From the NCBI GenBank assembly GCA_021107635.1, contig JAIOSL010000007.1, positions 36,188 to 100,187 on the forward strand: a stretch of DNA of 64,000 nt, written 5' to 3'. The stretch comes from an archaeon (GTDB taxonomy: Archaea > B1Sed10-29 > WALL01 > JAGHAM01). The position numbers and the translations under genes were made by a program. The notes under the pieces are model-generated. The model ran no database searches and was not told where the DNA came from. It saw only the letters and a program-made list of their open reading frames with translations. Shown piece after piece: positions 47,303-57,650 of the stretch (position 1 is its first letter; each line of letters begins with the position of its first letter).

Positions 47303-47657
47303 TATGCCAGTACTGGATGCTTCAGCAATATTGAATTCGTTTCCTTTTACTTTTGATAAAAAGTTGCGTTATTTTACTGTTCCTAGTGTTATGAACGAAT
47401 TCAAGGATTTTCGTTCAAAAGCTATTGCGGATTCTGGTTTGGAGAGGGGGCTTTTATCGGTTAGCACTCCTTCAGAGAATGCGTTGAGGAAGGTGGGTCC
47501 TCTAGCAAAAGGTTTTGGTTTAAGCCAGGCAGACGTAGACGTTTTAGCATTGGCTTTTGAGAAAAAGGAGGAGCTTTGGACTGATGATCATGGGATTCAA
47601 AAGGCAGCTAAGCGTTTAGGAGTGAGATGCAAAAGAATTATTCATCCTGAGGCGTGA
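47303..47657 (+). CDS. PIN-domain protein.
   Basis: The ATG at 47303 gives MPVLDASAILNSF (the first acidic PIN residue is in context), 118 aa. Confidence 0.55.
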
Positions 47658-48441
47658 TATCTTCGTGTTCTGGTTCTCCTGCAAATGATTCTGTTACCAT
47701 CATTCCTAGTTCTTTTCTGTACCAGATTATCATTATCAAAATTATTATTGCTACGATTAGGTATACTGGGTTTGTGAGATATTTGGTTTGGAATTCTCTG
47801 ATGATGGTTTCAATAGAAAACATACTGCTTATTGTGACTTCCTTTTCGTATCTAACATGAAAAGTGTTTGAACTGAATGGTTTTTTATAATTCCAGTCTA
47901 TCTCTTGATATTTCACTCCTTCAAATTCTTCTGTCCTGCTGTAATATGGTTCTGGTTGTAACGAATTTATTGAGTATTTTGCAGGTATTAGAATTTTTAA
48001 GTCTGTAGGAATCTCATATGGGAAAGTAAATTTCGTTCCATCCCAAAAAGAAAACTTGTTGCCTGGTATCTCCCTAATCTGTTTTTTCCCTTTTTCTTCA
48101 ACAAGTACACTTAACATTTCAGCAGTGTAACTTATTTTCAAATCCGCAAAATCTGATTCTCCTAATGGAGGCTGCCCGTCTTCATTAGATATGTCTTCGA
48201 CAATCGCTCTATTCAATCCATATTGAGAAAGTAAAGAAGTGTCAATTGTTGGTTGTCCAAAAATTTCTTTCAAACCTGTTTTTTCTTCAGGAGTTTCAAA
48301 TTTTAGTCGAAAGATTTCTTCTACGTAAGCAGAATCATTCTCTAATATTCTTATCTGAATGTCATGTCCATAAACTTGTAGTGCTGACGCAGTTGACAAT
48401 AACAAAAGTAATACGATGGGCCAGGATTTCATAATGTACAA
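47638..48441 (-). CDS. Secreted/anchored protein with a signal peptide and C-terminal TM helix. Hypothetical.
   Basis: 267 aa. MKSWPIVLLLLLSTASA, then a C-terminal hydrophobic segment and an acidic tail. Confidence 0.5.
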   Translation of the reverse strand: MYIMKSWPIVLLLLLSTASALQVYGHDIQIRILENDSAYVEEIFRLKFETPEEKTGLKEIFGQPTIDTSLLSQYGLNRAIVEDISNEDGQPPLGESDFADLKISYTAEMLSVLVEEKGKKQIREIPGNKFSFWDGTKFTFPYEIPTDLKILIPAKYSINSLQPEPYYSRTEEFEGVKYQEIDWNYKKPFSSNTFHVRYEKEVTISSMFSIETIIREFQTKYLTNPVYLIVAIIILIMIIWYRKELGMMVTESFAGEPEHEDITPQDE

Positions 48442-48474
48442 CTAATAGTTTTTAGTATAAAAATGCTTTTGTGT

Positions 48475-49374
48475 TCAAAGCTCTATTCTCTCAAAATCTC
48501 TTGCAATCAACACGTTCTCAAACACTTTTTGAGCATCTTGCCTAAGCTTGTCAAGCTGACTATCTTTGTATCTGGCAGAATAATGCGTGAGTACGAGCAG
48601 CTTGACGTTTGCATCTCTTGCTATCTCTGCTGCTTGTTTGGCTGTGGAATGTTGGCTTTCTTTTGCAAGGCCTGCTGCATCGCTAGCAAATGTTGCATCA
48701 TGAATAAGAACATCCGCATTTTTGGCGTGTTCAATTGTTGTATCTAATGGCATTGTGTCAGTAGCATATACTACTTTAATTCCTTTTTCTTCAGTAACAA
48801 ACTCTTCTGGTTTTAATGTTTTACCGTTGTGCTTGACAGACTTTCCTGCTTTCAGGTCTTTGCAAAGCGGTCCAGGTTTAATCCCTAGTCCATTAAGCTT
48901 TTTTTCATCCAAGTGTTTGCGAGTTTTTTCTTCAAACACGTAGCCCACAGTAACAGTAGAATGTTTCAAAGGAAATGCTTCGACAGTATAATTTTCTGTT
49001 TCAAGTACAATGCCCTTAGCCTCTATGTAAGGTGTCTTAAAACGCACGTCACATCCTTCTATCTGGCGAACCAACTTGAGGTATGTCTTTATTGTTTTAG
49101 GACCATAGATGTACATTGGTTCCATCTTTTCTTGAAAATCAGTGCTTTGTAACAGTCCAGGCAGGCCAAGCACGTGATCTCCATGATTATGAGTGAAAAA
49201 AATATGCCCTATTTTCATTGGACTCTTTCCAGCTAACATCATCTGTCTCTGCGCGCCTTCTCCACAATCAAACAAAAACCTGTCTTTGCCATAACGCAGG
49301 AATACTGCGGAGTGGTTCCTATCCTTAGTTGGTACAGCTGAGCTTGTTCCAAGAAACACTATTTCTGCTCTCAT
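48475..49374 (-). CDS. rnz: Ribonuclease Z (tRNA 3' processing endonuclease).
   Basis: 299 aa. MRAEIVFLGTSSAVPT...FFTHNHGDHVLGLPGLL (metallo-beta-lactamase HxHxDH). Confidence 0.9.
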   Translation of the reverse strand: MRAEIVFLGTSSAVPTKDRNHSAVFLRYGKDRFLFDCGEGAQRQMMLAGKSPMKIGHIFFTHNHGDHVLGLPGLLQSTDFQEKMEPMYIYGPKTIKTYLKLVRQIEGCDVRFKTPYIEAKGIVLETENYTVEAFPLKHSTVTVGYVFEEKTRKHLDEKKLNGLGIKPGPLCKDLKAGKSVKHNGKTLKPEEFVTEEKGIKVVYATDTMPLDTTIEHAKNADVLIHDATFASDAAGLAKESQHSTAKQAAEIARDANVKLLVLTHYSARYKDSQLDKLRQDAQKVFENVLIARDFERIEL

Positions 49375-49403
49375 CGGCTATGTTTTTATTCCACGAGCTT
49401 TTA

Positions 49404-50699
49404 ATGGTAGCCGGTGGTATCATGTTAAAAAAAGAGTGGCTTGCTAAAAAAATCGTAAACTACTCTATGCACATCGGCCAAAAGTCTAATCCAACATATG
49501 AAAAACTCAAGAAAAAACATAGGGTTCTCTCAAAAGATTCTGTTAAACGCGTTTCGAAGAAAGATAAGAAACTGTTCGAAAAGTGGCAAGATATTGATTA
49601 TGGTCCTCTAGTCATCAAAAAAGGAAAAAAATACGAGTTCAAGAAAAAAATAGGCCACACAGTGCTAATCTCTTACAATCCTTCCACCAAAAAACTTGCT
49701 CAAGCAGTTGAACGAGAATGCTGGAAGAACGGAGCACATACTTTTTCGCAGGAAACTGAAACAGCAAGAATCAAAGACAGCTACTTGTACAAGCCAACAG
49801 ATTCACTCAGAGAACTAGATGGAACCAAAAGAGCACTATTTTCAAACATGGACTATTACATCAACCTAGAATCTATCGAAAACATAATGTGGAAAAAAGG
49901 AGTTCCTCCAGCAAAACTTTCGGCTTCAGCTCCAGTAAACCAAAGAATAAGCCAGATAAGAGACAAAAGCAAGGAACGCTGGCTTCTAGTAGGATGGCCT
50001 CATGCTGATACAGCAAAAGAACTAGGTATCGGCTTGAGCAAATTCAGGCAGATAGTATTTCATTCAATAGAAGAATCATTCAAAAAACACACTTTTGACT
50101 TAGTTTGGGATTACGTTAGGCTTTTAGAAGGCAAGAAAGAAGTGCGCATAGAAAGCAAAGAAGGTACAGACCTAACTTTTTCCATAAAAGGCAGGAAAAT
50201 ACTAGCAGATGATGGTTTCCTAAGCGAGCGCGACATCGCAAATGGAGACGTAGGAATGAACATCCCCTGTGGAGAAGCATTCTGCGCGCCAGTAGAAACA
50301 AGCGCTGATGGTACATATATTGTTCCAAGAAATATTATTCGAGGCTATGGTATAGCTGAAGGAATCAAACTAAAGTTTTCTAAAGGCAGAGTAGTCGATT
50401 ACTCTGCTAGAAAGCATGAAGACTACTTAAACAAGTTTTTCAAAGAAAATACTGGCGATTATGATAGAATAGCAGAACTTGGAATCGGCTGTAATCGTGG
50501 TGCTGAGTTCACTAATGGTTATATTATTGTTGATGAAAAAATTCTGGGCACTCTCCACGTGGCTATCGGCTGGAACATCGGGTTCGGAGGAAAAAACGAT
50601 GCATCTTCACACCTAGATTTCATAAAGCCAATGCAACACGGACAACTTTTTGTTGACAACAAGCTGATAATGGACAAAGGCAAGATAGTCAAACGATAA
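49404..50699 (+). CDS. M29-family aminopeptidase (AmpS/thermophilic metalloprotease-like).
   Basis: Aminopeptidase-like core (…VGWNIGFGGKND…HLDF…). The start is uncertain (ATG at 49404 or 49422). The listed 49329 start would overlap rnz. Confidence 0.65.
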   Translation: MVAGGIMLKKEWLAKKIVNYSMHIGQKSNPTYEKLKKKHRVLSKDSVKRVSKKDKKLFEKWQDIDYGPLVIKKGKKYEFKKKIGHTVLISYNPSTKKLAQAVERECWKNGAHTFSQETETARIKDSYLYKPTDSLRELDGTKRALFSNMDYYINLESIENIMWKKGVPPAKLSASAPVNQRISQIRDKSKERWLLVGWPHADTAKELGIGLSKFRQIVFHSIEESFKKHTFDLVWDYVRLLEGKKEVRIESKEGTDLTFSIKGRKILADDGFLSERDIANGDVGMNIPCGEAFCAPVETSADGTYIVPRNIIRGYGIAEGIKLKFSKGRVVDYSARKHEDYLNKFFKENTGDYDRIAELGIGCNRGAEFTNGYIIVDEKILGTLHVAIGWNIGFGGKNDASSHLDFIKPMQHGQLFVDNKLIMDKGKIVKR

Positions 50700-50727
50700 T
50701 ATAAACTACAAACGAGAAATAAGAACG

Positions 50728-52077
50728 ATGCTAGAAACACTAGAAAAAGCCATAAATAAGTCAACCGCAGACTTCATAGAAACCAGGCTAGTCGAATCTA
50801 ATTCAACAAGGATCAACATCAGAAACGATGAAATTAACCTAACCACTTCCGGCTACCTAATCGAATTCGGAGTGCGCGTGTTAGTGAAAGGCTCATGGGG
50901 TTTTGCTTCAGCTAATGATCCTACTGAACTATCTAACTGTATTAAAAGCGCAGAAAAACTTGCAAGAACATCCGCTAAACATTCCATAGAAGCTAAACTT
51001 GCGGAAGCACCCGTAAGCATTGAGCACATTAATGTCAAAGTAAAGAAGGATCCTCGTGACATTAGCTTAGAAGATAAAGCCAATCGTTGTTTAGAACTCT
51101 CTAAACGAGGATTTAATCAAGAAAAAGTTCAAGCAGCAGATTTAATTTACATGGACTCACAAAGCAATTGGTACTACTTAAACAGTGAAGGAACTAAACT
51201 AGAATATACACCCACAGCATCCTTTTTCATGTTTAATGCTTTTGTTAAAGACCAGCAACTAATGAGTTTCAGCGACCAGCAAGGAGGCAAATATGGTTTC
51301 GAGCTGTTAGACAATAAAGAATTTTTTGTGGACAACGTCTGTGAAGACGCACTCTTACTGCTCCACTCAAAACTTCCACCTAAAGGCAAAACACAAGTAA
51401 TAATAGATCCAGAAATGGCCGGTACTCTAGCACATGAAGCGGTTGGACACGCGCTGGAAGCAGACACAATAATCAACAAAAATTCGATTGTTAACCGGAT
51501 AGGCCAAAAAATAGGTTCTAGAATAGTAAACATTACTGACGACCCGACAATACCAAAAGAATTTGGTTCATATCCTTTTGATTCAGAAGGCACTCCAGGA
51601 TTGAAAACAGTGCTTGTTGAAAACGGCAGGGTTAAAAACTTCCTACAATCCAGAGAAACTGCGTTCAAAACAGACAAACAAGTCACTGGCAATGCCAGAA
51701 GCCAAGGACCTTCAGAATTTCCGCTTGTCCGAATGAGCAACACTTTTTTTGAACGAGGAGACCAAAGCTTTGAAGAACTCCTAGAAGGCGTCAATGGAGT
51801 ATACGTCAGAGGTTTCAAAGGAGGAGTAGTAGACACTGACACTGGTTTCTTCCAGTTCGCATGCCCTCACGGAAACATCATTAAAGACGGTGAACTCACA
51901 GAGCCATTACGAGATATTACAATACTTGGAAACATAATTGAAACACTAAGGCATGTGAATGCTATAGGCAACGATCTCCAAACAGGTTTTCCTGGAATGT
52001 GCGGAAAAGCCGGCCAGGGTGTGCCCGTGGGAGGAGGCGGACCACACATACGCATAAAAGAGGTGCTCATAGGATGA
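50728..52077 (+). CDS. TldD/PmbA family metallopeptidase component (first of a tandem pair).
   Basis: 449 aa. HEAVGHALE (HExxxH). C-terminal GxC…GG motifs typical of TldD. Confidence 0.8.
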   Translation: MLETLEKAINKSTADFIETRLVESNSTRINIRNDEINLTTSGYLIEFGVRVLVKGSWGFASANDPTELSNCIKSAEKLARTSAKHSIEAKLAEAPVSIEHINVKVKKDPRDISLEDKANRCLELSKRGFNQEKVQAADLIYMDSQSNWYYLNSEGTKLEYTPTASFFMFNAFVKDQQLMSFSDQQGGKYGFELLDNKEFFVDNVCEDALLLLHSKLPPKGKTQVIIDPEMAGTLAHEAVGHALEADTIINKNSIVNRIGQKIGSRIVNITDDPTIPKEFGSYPFDSEGTPGLKTVLVENGRVKNFLQSRETAFKTDKQVTGNARSQGPSEFPLVRMSNTFFERGDQSFEELLEGVNGVYVRGFKGGVVDTDTGFFQFACPHGNIIKDGELTEPLRDITILGNIIETLRHVNAIGNDLQTGFPGMCGKAGQGVPVGGGGPHIRIKEVLIG

Positions 52078-53294
52078 TAGAAACATTTGAAACTTCTGTG
52101 CACGCTATAACTGCAAGAAGCAGCAGAGACCGTATTGAAGTATGCAAATCATCTAGAGCACACGGTTTTGGAGTAAGAGTAATCAAAGATGGCGCGATAG
52201 GTTTTTCATTCTATTCCAAAGAAAGTGAAAAAGAACACGCCATAAAACGGGCAATGCAAAGTGCGTCATTATCTCCAAAAGAACATTATGCCCTTCCCCA
52301 ACCACTCAAGCCAACCAAAGTTAAACAATATGATTCTGAACTAGCACACATGGAAGAAGAAGGAGTAATAGAACTTTTAATCGATACCATTAACGGAGCT
52401 TCTGAAGAAGCAGAACCATCCAAAGGTGAAGTATCAGTAGGCATAGCAACCACTCACGTCTCAAACTCTAATGGAATCGATGTCTCACAAAAAGACACAA
52501 TACTCTCTGCTTACGTTTCTGCAAAAAAGGAAGAAGCTATCGGCTACGAATACTTTGCAAAGAAAAAAATTGAACAGGATTTAACTCCTCTAGGTAAAGA
52601 AGCAGGACACTGGGCATCACATTCAGCTGGAGGAAAACCAATTAACTTTCAAGGCCAAATAATTATTTCAGTAGAAACAATATCTAATTTCTTCGAAACT
52701 TGTGTTCTGCGCAACTTGAACGGAGAAAACCTAAGGAGAAAAAAATCACTTTGGAAACAAGACGATGTAGTAATGCACCCAAATTTTTCCCTGAAAGAAG
52801 ATCCCACAATCCCATGGACTGCAGGAGCGGTTTCAACAGATGATGAAGGACTGCCCACCCAGAAAAAAACACTGATAGAACACGGAATCGTCAAAAAAAT
52901 TTTGTATGACACGCGCACAGCTAACCTTGTTGCAACAAAAAGCACAGGAAATGGCTTTCGTGCTGGTTTTAATACAGTTCCACTGATTACTTCCACAAAT
53001 CTAATTCTATCAACAGATAAACCAACGGACATTTTTGATGTTAAAAAAGGTGTATACGTGAAAGAACTAATGGGATTCCATAACATGAATCCAATAACCG
53101 GAGATTTTTCACTCGATATTGTACAAGGATTCACAGTTAAAAATGGAGAGCTAGACAGGCCAATCAAAGGCTGCATGCTAGTAGGAAACTTTTTAGACGC
53201 ACTGAAAACAGCAAGGCTAGGCAAACAAGAGCAAGGCAAAACTTACTTTTTTTCACCAGAAATGCAGTTTGACGGAAAAGTGATACACAAATGA
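52074..53294 (+). CDS. TldD/PmbA family partner (PmbA/TldE-like).
   Basis: The ATG at 52074 overlaps the upstream stop (ATGA). About 406 aa with the same fold but no HExxxH, as expected for the non-catalytic partner. Confidence 0.75.
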   Translation: MIETFETSVHAITARSSRDRIEVCKSSRAHGFGVRVIKDGAIGFSFYSKESEKEHAIKRAMQSASLSPKEHYALPQPLKPTKVKQYDSELAHMEEEGVIELLIDTINGASEEAEPSKGEVSVGIATTHVSNSNGIDVSQKDTILSAYVSAKKEEAIGYEYFAKKKIEQDLTPLGKEAGHWASHSAGGKPINFQGQIIISVETISNFFETCVLRNLNGENLRRKKSLWKQDDVVMHPNFSLKEDPTIPWTAGAVSTDDEGLPTQKKTLIEHGIVKKILYDTRTANLVATKSTGNGFRAGFNTVPLITSTNLILSTDKPTDIFDVKKGVYVKELMGFHNMNPITGDFSLDIVQGFTVKNGELDRPIKGCMLVGNFLDALKTARLGKQEQGKTYFFSPEMQFDGKVIHK

Positions 53295-54451
53295 GCAAAC
53301 TAAAAATTGCCATACTCTCAGTCTTTTTTGGAATGATGGGTTGGAACATGGCTGAAAAATTCCTTTCAATCTACCTTAACGGAGCTCCAATCTACTTTGA
53401 CGAATGGTCTATTAGCATGCTCATAGCAGTGATATACTCTGCTTTCGCAGTTTCCAGCATATTTTCTGGAATGGTGGTTCAAAAATATGGTTCAAAAAAA
53501 TGCATGAGTGTAGGCCTCCTCGCTTATTCCTCATTAGCATTTTCGTTAGGGTTTGCTCCACAACTTCCAAACCTTTTCCTACTCCTAATTTTATGTTCTA
53601 TACTTGTTGGTATTGGTGGAAGCCTATTTTGGACTGGATTTTGGACGTTTGTTCTGAAAAATTCAAAAGAACGAGGCAAAACCACTGGAATGATGCAAGG
53701 AGTCTCTTTGTTCGGTTCATCCATTGCAGTGCTGATTGGTGGTCTGCTTTACTTTTATGTATGGCACGGAAATTTTGAGAATATTTTTCTGCTAGGAGGG
53801 GGTCTCCTGCTACTGTCAGCTATCTTCTCTCTATTTCTCAAAGAAAACAAATCAAACAAACTAGTATCCTGGAAAGATCAGAAAGAATGTTTCAAAGACA
53901 AACGGCTTCTTTCTCTAGGGCTAGTACAACTGTTTTGCAGCACTTTTACCGGACTTACGCTCTCCATACTTCCAATAGTAATAAAGAATCTTCCCCGGAT
54001 CATACAATCTCCTCAAGGAGAAGTGCTTGAAGTAGCAATCATAACTTTTGTACTTTATTCACTTGGAATATTCACTGCAATATTCACCGGAAAACTAAGT
54101 GACAAAAAAGGAAGAAAACCCATTTTTTACTCTATTCTACTAGCCGGATTTTTTTCTTCGTTATTCATAGCATTAAGTACTCAAGTCTGGATGATACTCA
54201 TAGGAATATTAATTTATGGACCTTTCCTATGGCTAGTAATCAACATGGTAGTAGCATCAGTAGGAGATCTCTACCAAGACAACCAAAGCCTTGCTCTCGT
54301 TGTAACTGGATTCCTAGGCACGCTTGGAGTAGCTTTAGGTGCATTAATCGGAGCTTTTGCTTCCATGCAGAGTCTACAATTACCTTTCTTTATTGTTGGA
54401 TTATTATACCTAATTTGTATTCCAATAGTTCGAAAACTTCCCATCAAGTAA
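53291..54451 (+). CDS. MFS-type transporter.
   Basis: 386 aa with 12 predicted TM helices. 4-nt overlap with the upstream gene. Confidence 0.7.
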   Translation: MSKLKIAILSVFFGMMGWNMAEKFLSIYLNGAPIYFDEWSISMLIAVIYSAFAVSSIFSGMVVQKYGSKKCMSVGLLAYSSLAFSLGFAPQLPNLFLLLILCSILVGIGGSLFWTGFWTFVLKNSKERGKTTGMMQGVSLFGSSIAVLIGGLLYFYVWHGNFENIFLLGGGLLLLSAIFSLFLKENKSNKLVSWKDQKECFKDKRLLSLGLVQLFCSTFTGLTLSILPIVIKNLPRIIQSPQGEVLEVAIITFVLYSLGIFTAIFTGKLSDKKGRKPIFYSILLAGFFSSLFIALSTQVWMILIGILIYGPFLWLVINMVVASVGDLYQDNQSLALVVTGFLGTLGVALGALIGAFASMQSLQLPFFIVGLLYLICIPIVRKLPIK

Positions 54452-54569
54452 TCAGTCAAAAAAAAGACGCAAAATCTTTAAATATACTCACGCATTAAAA
54501 GTACTTATCATTGGTGGCAAACATAATGAGTGAACGAAACGCGAATATCAAAGCCTATAGACAGTTCAC

Positions 54570-54923
54570 ATGGATATTTGCAGATCTGATCCAAACCGCC
54601 TTCATGTGCCATTAACTCAAGAGGTCGTTCTCACTCGTGATGCCATCAAAGCCGTTCGCGTTCTTCTTGACCTCAAACTCACAGGCAACCAACAACTCGT
54701 TCTGTCTCGGTTAAAGGATTATCCAGAAACTACAATGACTTCCCTAGTCTTATCCTTATCCGGAGAACTTGAGTTAAGTGAGCCTACTGTAAGACGAACG
54801 GTTCAGTTATGTCGCTTGCTGGGCTTAATCGCCTGCGGTGACAAAAAGTCTAAAGGCATTCATGTCAAACTGACTCCACTCGGCCAGAAAATCTTAGGAA
54901 ATGGAGGTGATACACTAAGCTAG
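54570..54923 (+). CDS. Winged-helix transcription regulator (MarR/ArsR-like).
   Basis: LVLSRLKDYPETTMTSLVLSLSGELELSEPTVRRTVQLCRLLGLIACGDKKSKGIHVKLTPLGQKIL. Confidence 0.55.
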   Translation: MDICRSDPNRLHVPLTQEVVLTRDAIKAVRVLLDLKLTGNQQLVLSRLKDYPETTMTSLVLSLSGELELSEPTVRRTVQLCRLLGLIACGDKKSKGIHVKLTPLGQKILGNGGDTLS

Positions 54924-54948
54924 TAATCTAGTTTCACTGAAATGAAGA

Positions 54949-54969
54949 CCCGCCCCTTCAAGGGGCGGG
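54949..54969. terminator. Perfect 8-bp GC hairpin (cccgcccc-ttcaa-ggggcggg) between convergent genes.
   Basis: Read directly from the sequence. It lies in the 56-nt gap between the wHTH gene stop (54923) and the minus-strand membrane gene stop (54980). Confidence 0.5.
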
Positions 54970-54979
54970 CACAGAATCG

Positions 54980-55993
54980 TCACTTACTTTTAACAAATTT
55001 AGGAAGCTTAAAGCCATTAAGCCAGCTATACACTTCATGCCCAGTAAAATAACTGCCCAAGAAAATATTCAGCCAGAAAAATAGAGTCCTATAAATGATA
55101 ACAGCAGAAAGCACTTTCGAAGGTTCAAAAACAATAACAGACAATGCAGCAGATATGCTAAGTAACAGTGCACTCATACTAATCTCACTCACTCCAACCC
55201 CACCAGGAACAAGCGTGAACAAAGTCAAAATCCTACTTCCCATGAATGCAATCAAAACAATCAAAAAAATTTCAGGACTAAAAACAAATCCTACCAGTGT
55301 ATCCAAAGTAAAACCTCTAAGCAAAACGTAAATAACACTAGCCTCTACCAACAAAGAAAGTACTATCACACTAATAACCTGAAAAAGCATACTTTTCCTC
55401 TTAGAAGTTAAAGAAATAATGCCATCCATAATGTTATCTAAAACCGTGACATGACCCAAAGAGAGCTTTAAAATATCATTCATTATTGTTCTTCTTAACT
55501 TCCATGCTAAGCCAACAAAAATAAATAAAGCCAACAATGCGCCAATCAAATACATTAAAGTGTCATTGAACAGGCCACCCATCCAGAGAGTAGCTCCAAA
55601 GAAAATTACAACTTGACAGAGAAAAGAAGTAGAAGACTCTAAGAAAACTATCGGAAGATAATCTGTGGCTTTTCCTCCAAACTTACACTTCAAATAATAA
55701 GCAGTCGCAAGTTCTGCACTAGGCGTTAATTGTGGCGTAACAGTATCAGTGAAAGCAGCTATGAACGTTCCTTTAAACAAAGTCTTGTATTCATGCTTAA
55801 GACCTGCTGCCTTGTTCAATACTTTCCAATTCCAAGCCCATAAAACGTGAATGACAAAAAGAGCAACCAAAGCATATAAGATTTCTAACGGTCCTGCATC
55901 AAAAGTCAAATCCAAATGACTAAACGCAAAAGCTACAGCCAAAATCCATACCAAAAACACAAGGCCCAGCGTTTGTTTTTTCATCAAAAGCAA
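54980..55993 (-). CDS. UPF0104/flippase-like (lysyl-PG synthase TM-domain family) membrane protein.
   Basis: 337 aa with eight or more TM helices. The N-terminus resembles COG0392 proteins. Confidence 0.55.
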   Translation of the reverse strand: MLLMKKQTLGLVFLVWILAVAFAFSHLDLTFDAGPLEILYALVALFVIHVLWAWNWKVLNKAAGLKHEYKTLFKGTFIAAFTDTVTPQLTPSAELATAYYLKCKFGGKATDYLPIVFLESSTSFLCQVVIFFGATLWMGGLFNDTLMYLIGALLALFIFVGLAWKLRRTIMNDILKLSLGHVTVLDNIMDGIISLTSKRKSMLFQVISVIVLSLLVEASVIYVLLRGFTLDTLVGFVFSPEIFLIVLIAFMGSRILTLFTLVPGGVGVSEISMSALLLSISAALSVIVFEPSKVLSAVIIYRTLFFWLNIFLGSYFTGHEVYSWLNGFKLPKFVKSK

Positions 55994-56017
55994 TTACAAC
56001 AATCACTCTTTTATACC

Positions 56018-56935
56018 TTAGCGCGAACAGACATGAATCCAACGTCTGAGCGTTTTATGAACATAAAAATCAAAGCACTGCTCAACCTTCCAGTCATGCT
56101 TTTTCAGGAACTTTGTTAAATCCTGAGGTCCCATTATCACAGCGTTATTCGAATGTTTTTTCATTTTGTCAAAAGCTTGTTCATAAAGTATATCCAAACG
56201 TTTCCCGAAAAGCTGTGAAGACCGTCCATAAGGCAAGTCAGTTACAATGGCATCAAAGTTTTTGCCTTTCCACTCAAAAAAATCTGCTTTCTCTACACTA
56301 CACTTCTTATCCAAGCGAAAAAACCAGAGATTTTCTCTAGCTCCCTCTACCATATTTTCATCCTTGTCCACGCCCACAGCACTAAGGCCCATTACTCCAG
56401 CTTCTAGAAGCACGCCTCCAGCACCACAAAACGGATCTAACACCTTGCCTTGCTTAACACCAGACAAATTAAGCAAAAGTCTCGCCCATTTTGGCTGGAG
56501 AGACGTTGGATGGTAAAATGGTCTGGCATTCACTTTCCTGCAAGACAAAACTTTTTCAGAATACTCATAAACTTGCCTAGTAACATAATGTTTCCTCCCG
56601 TCAGAAAACACTCTAATAACCACTTCAGGATTTTTCAGATTGGCTTTTCCACTGATTCTAGCGCCTACCTCGCGCTCAATTTTCCCAGAAGAAACTTCTC
56701 CAAGCTTAGTGCATCTCACCGCAAAAGAGTCGAAAGTCAGGTCAAGCTCATCAAAATTCTCACCTTCCCACAACAACTCACCAGCAAACTTAGTCATAAC
56801 CAGCCGCTGATATGAATCATCAAATTCAGCTATAACAAAACCCTTTCCCTCAAACTCTATTTTTTTTGCTAAACTCTTAGCTTCAGCTGAAGCCAACTCT
56901 GCATGCTCACGTGTAAAATACAAAAATAAGCGCAT
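56018..56935 (-). CDS. tRNA (guanine-N2)-methyltransferase, Trm11/TrmG10 family (THUMP + class I MTase).
   Basis: LDPFCGAGGVLLEAG (SAM motif I). IVTDLPYG (D/NPPY-like motif IV). Confidence 0.8.
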   Translation of the reverse strand: MRLFLYFTREHAELASAEAKSLAKKIEFEGKGFVIAEFDDSYQRLVMTKFAGELLWEGENFDELDLTFDSFAVRCTKLGEVSSGKIEREVGARISGKANLKNPEVVIRVFSDGRKHYVTRQVYEYSEKVLSCRKVNARPFYHPTSLQPKWARLLLNLSGVKQGKVLDPFCGAGGVLLEAGVMGLSAVGVDKDENMVEGARENLWFFRLDKKCSVEKADFFEWKGKNFDAIVTDLPYGRSSQLFGKRLDILYEQAFDKMKKHSNNAVIMGPQDLTKFLKKHDWKVEQCFDFYVHKTLRRWIHVCSR

Positions 56936-56987
56936 GCCTTTGTTTTTGAGCGCAAAGATTTAAACTTCTAACGCTAAAATTCTATTC

Positions 56988-57602
56988 ATGCGGAAAAAAA
57001 TTGTTTTTACTGAAAAAGAAATTCACGGAAAATTACACAAATTCTTTGATCACGTAGGAGGAAACAAAAAAAGCATTGGTGTATGGGTTCAACCACTTTT
57101 CAAAAAACATAAAGAACATCAAAAAGACTATGATGCAGGCATAAAAAAAGTAATTAGAAATTCCAAGTTTCCTACCATTGCATTAGTAGAAAAGAAAAGA
57201 ATGAAAAAAGTAAAAGAATGGATAGAAAGAACCCACGAAGAAAGTCCATTGAAAAAACCTATTCTGTTGCTAAACGCTGAGATGACTGGACCAGAAACAG
57301 ATATGAACGTCAAGCCAAGTATAGGATTTGATGGTCTTGCAAGACTGTTATCCGGAGAAGCCAAAAACATTTACGTGTTCGGAGAAATGGGAGACTTTAC
57401 TCAAATCTATGACATAAAACAAGGCGAGCGTGCCAAAGATCCTACACTTAACCATCAACTAAAAGGAAGCCGTAAAGAACTGCTTACCGGTTTTTGTGTT
57501 CACAACGTATACAAAAACCTTTATGCGCGAGCTGAAGCACACGATTTTAAAGTACACTATCTCCTAAAACACATTCTCAGAAAACAACCAGTCCACAAAT
57601 AA
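56988..57602 (+). CDS. Hypothetical basic protein with no recognisable domain.
   Basis: 204 aa ORF in a compact context upstream of lon. Confidence 0.4.
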   Translation: MRKKIVFTEKEIHGKLHKFFDHVGGNKKSIGVWVQPLFKKHKEHQKDYDAGIKKVIRNSKFPTIALVEKKRMKKVKEWIERTHEESPLKKPILLLNAEMTGPETDMNVKPSIGFDGLARLLSGEAKNIYVFGEMGDFTQIYDIKQGERAKDPTLNHQLKGSRKELLTGFCVHNVYKNLYARAEAHDFKVHYLLKHILRKQPVHK

Positions 57603-57650
57603 AACCTATAAATACAAAAGACGCGAAAAGATAACCCTCAATTGATTACC

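Noticed and set aside
49329-49403. Upstream extension of the aminopeptidase ORF.
   Set aside because: It would overlap the RNase Z start on the opposite strand. Internal ATGs at 49404/49422 fit better.
51174-53239. Minus-strand ORFs of 222 and 196 aa.
   Set aside because: They are antisense to the TldD/PmbA pair, with no motifs. Shadow ORFs.
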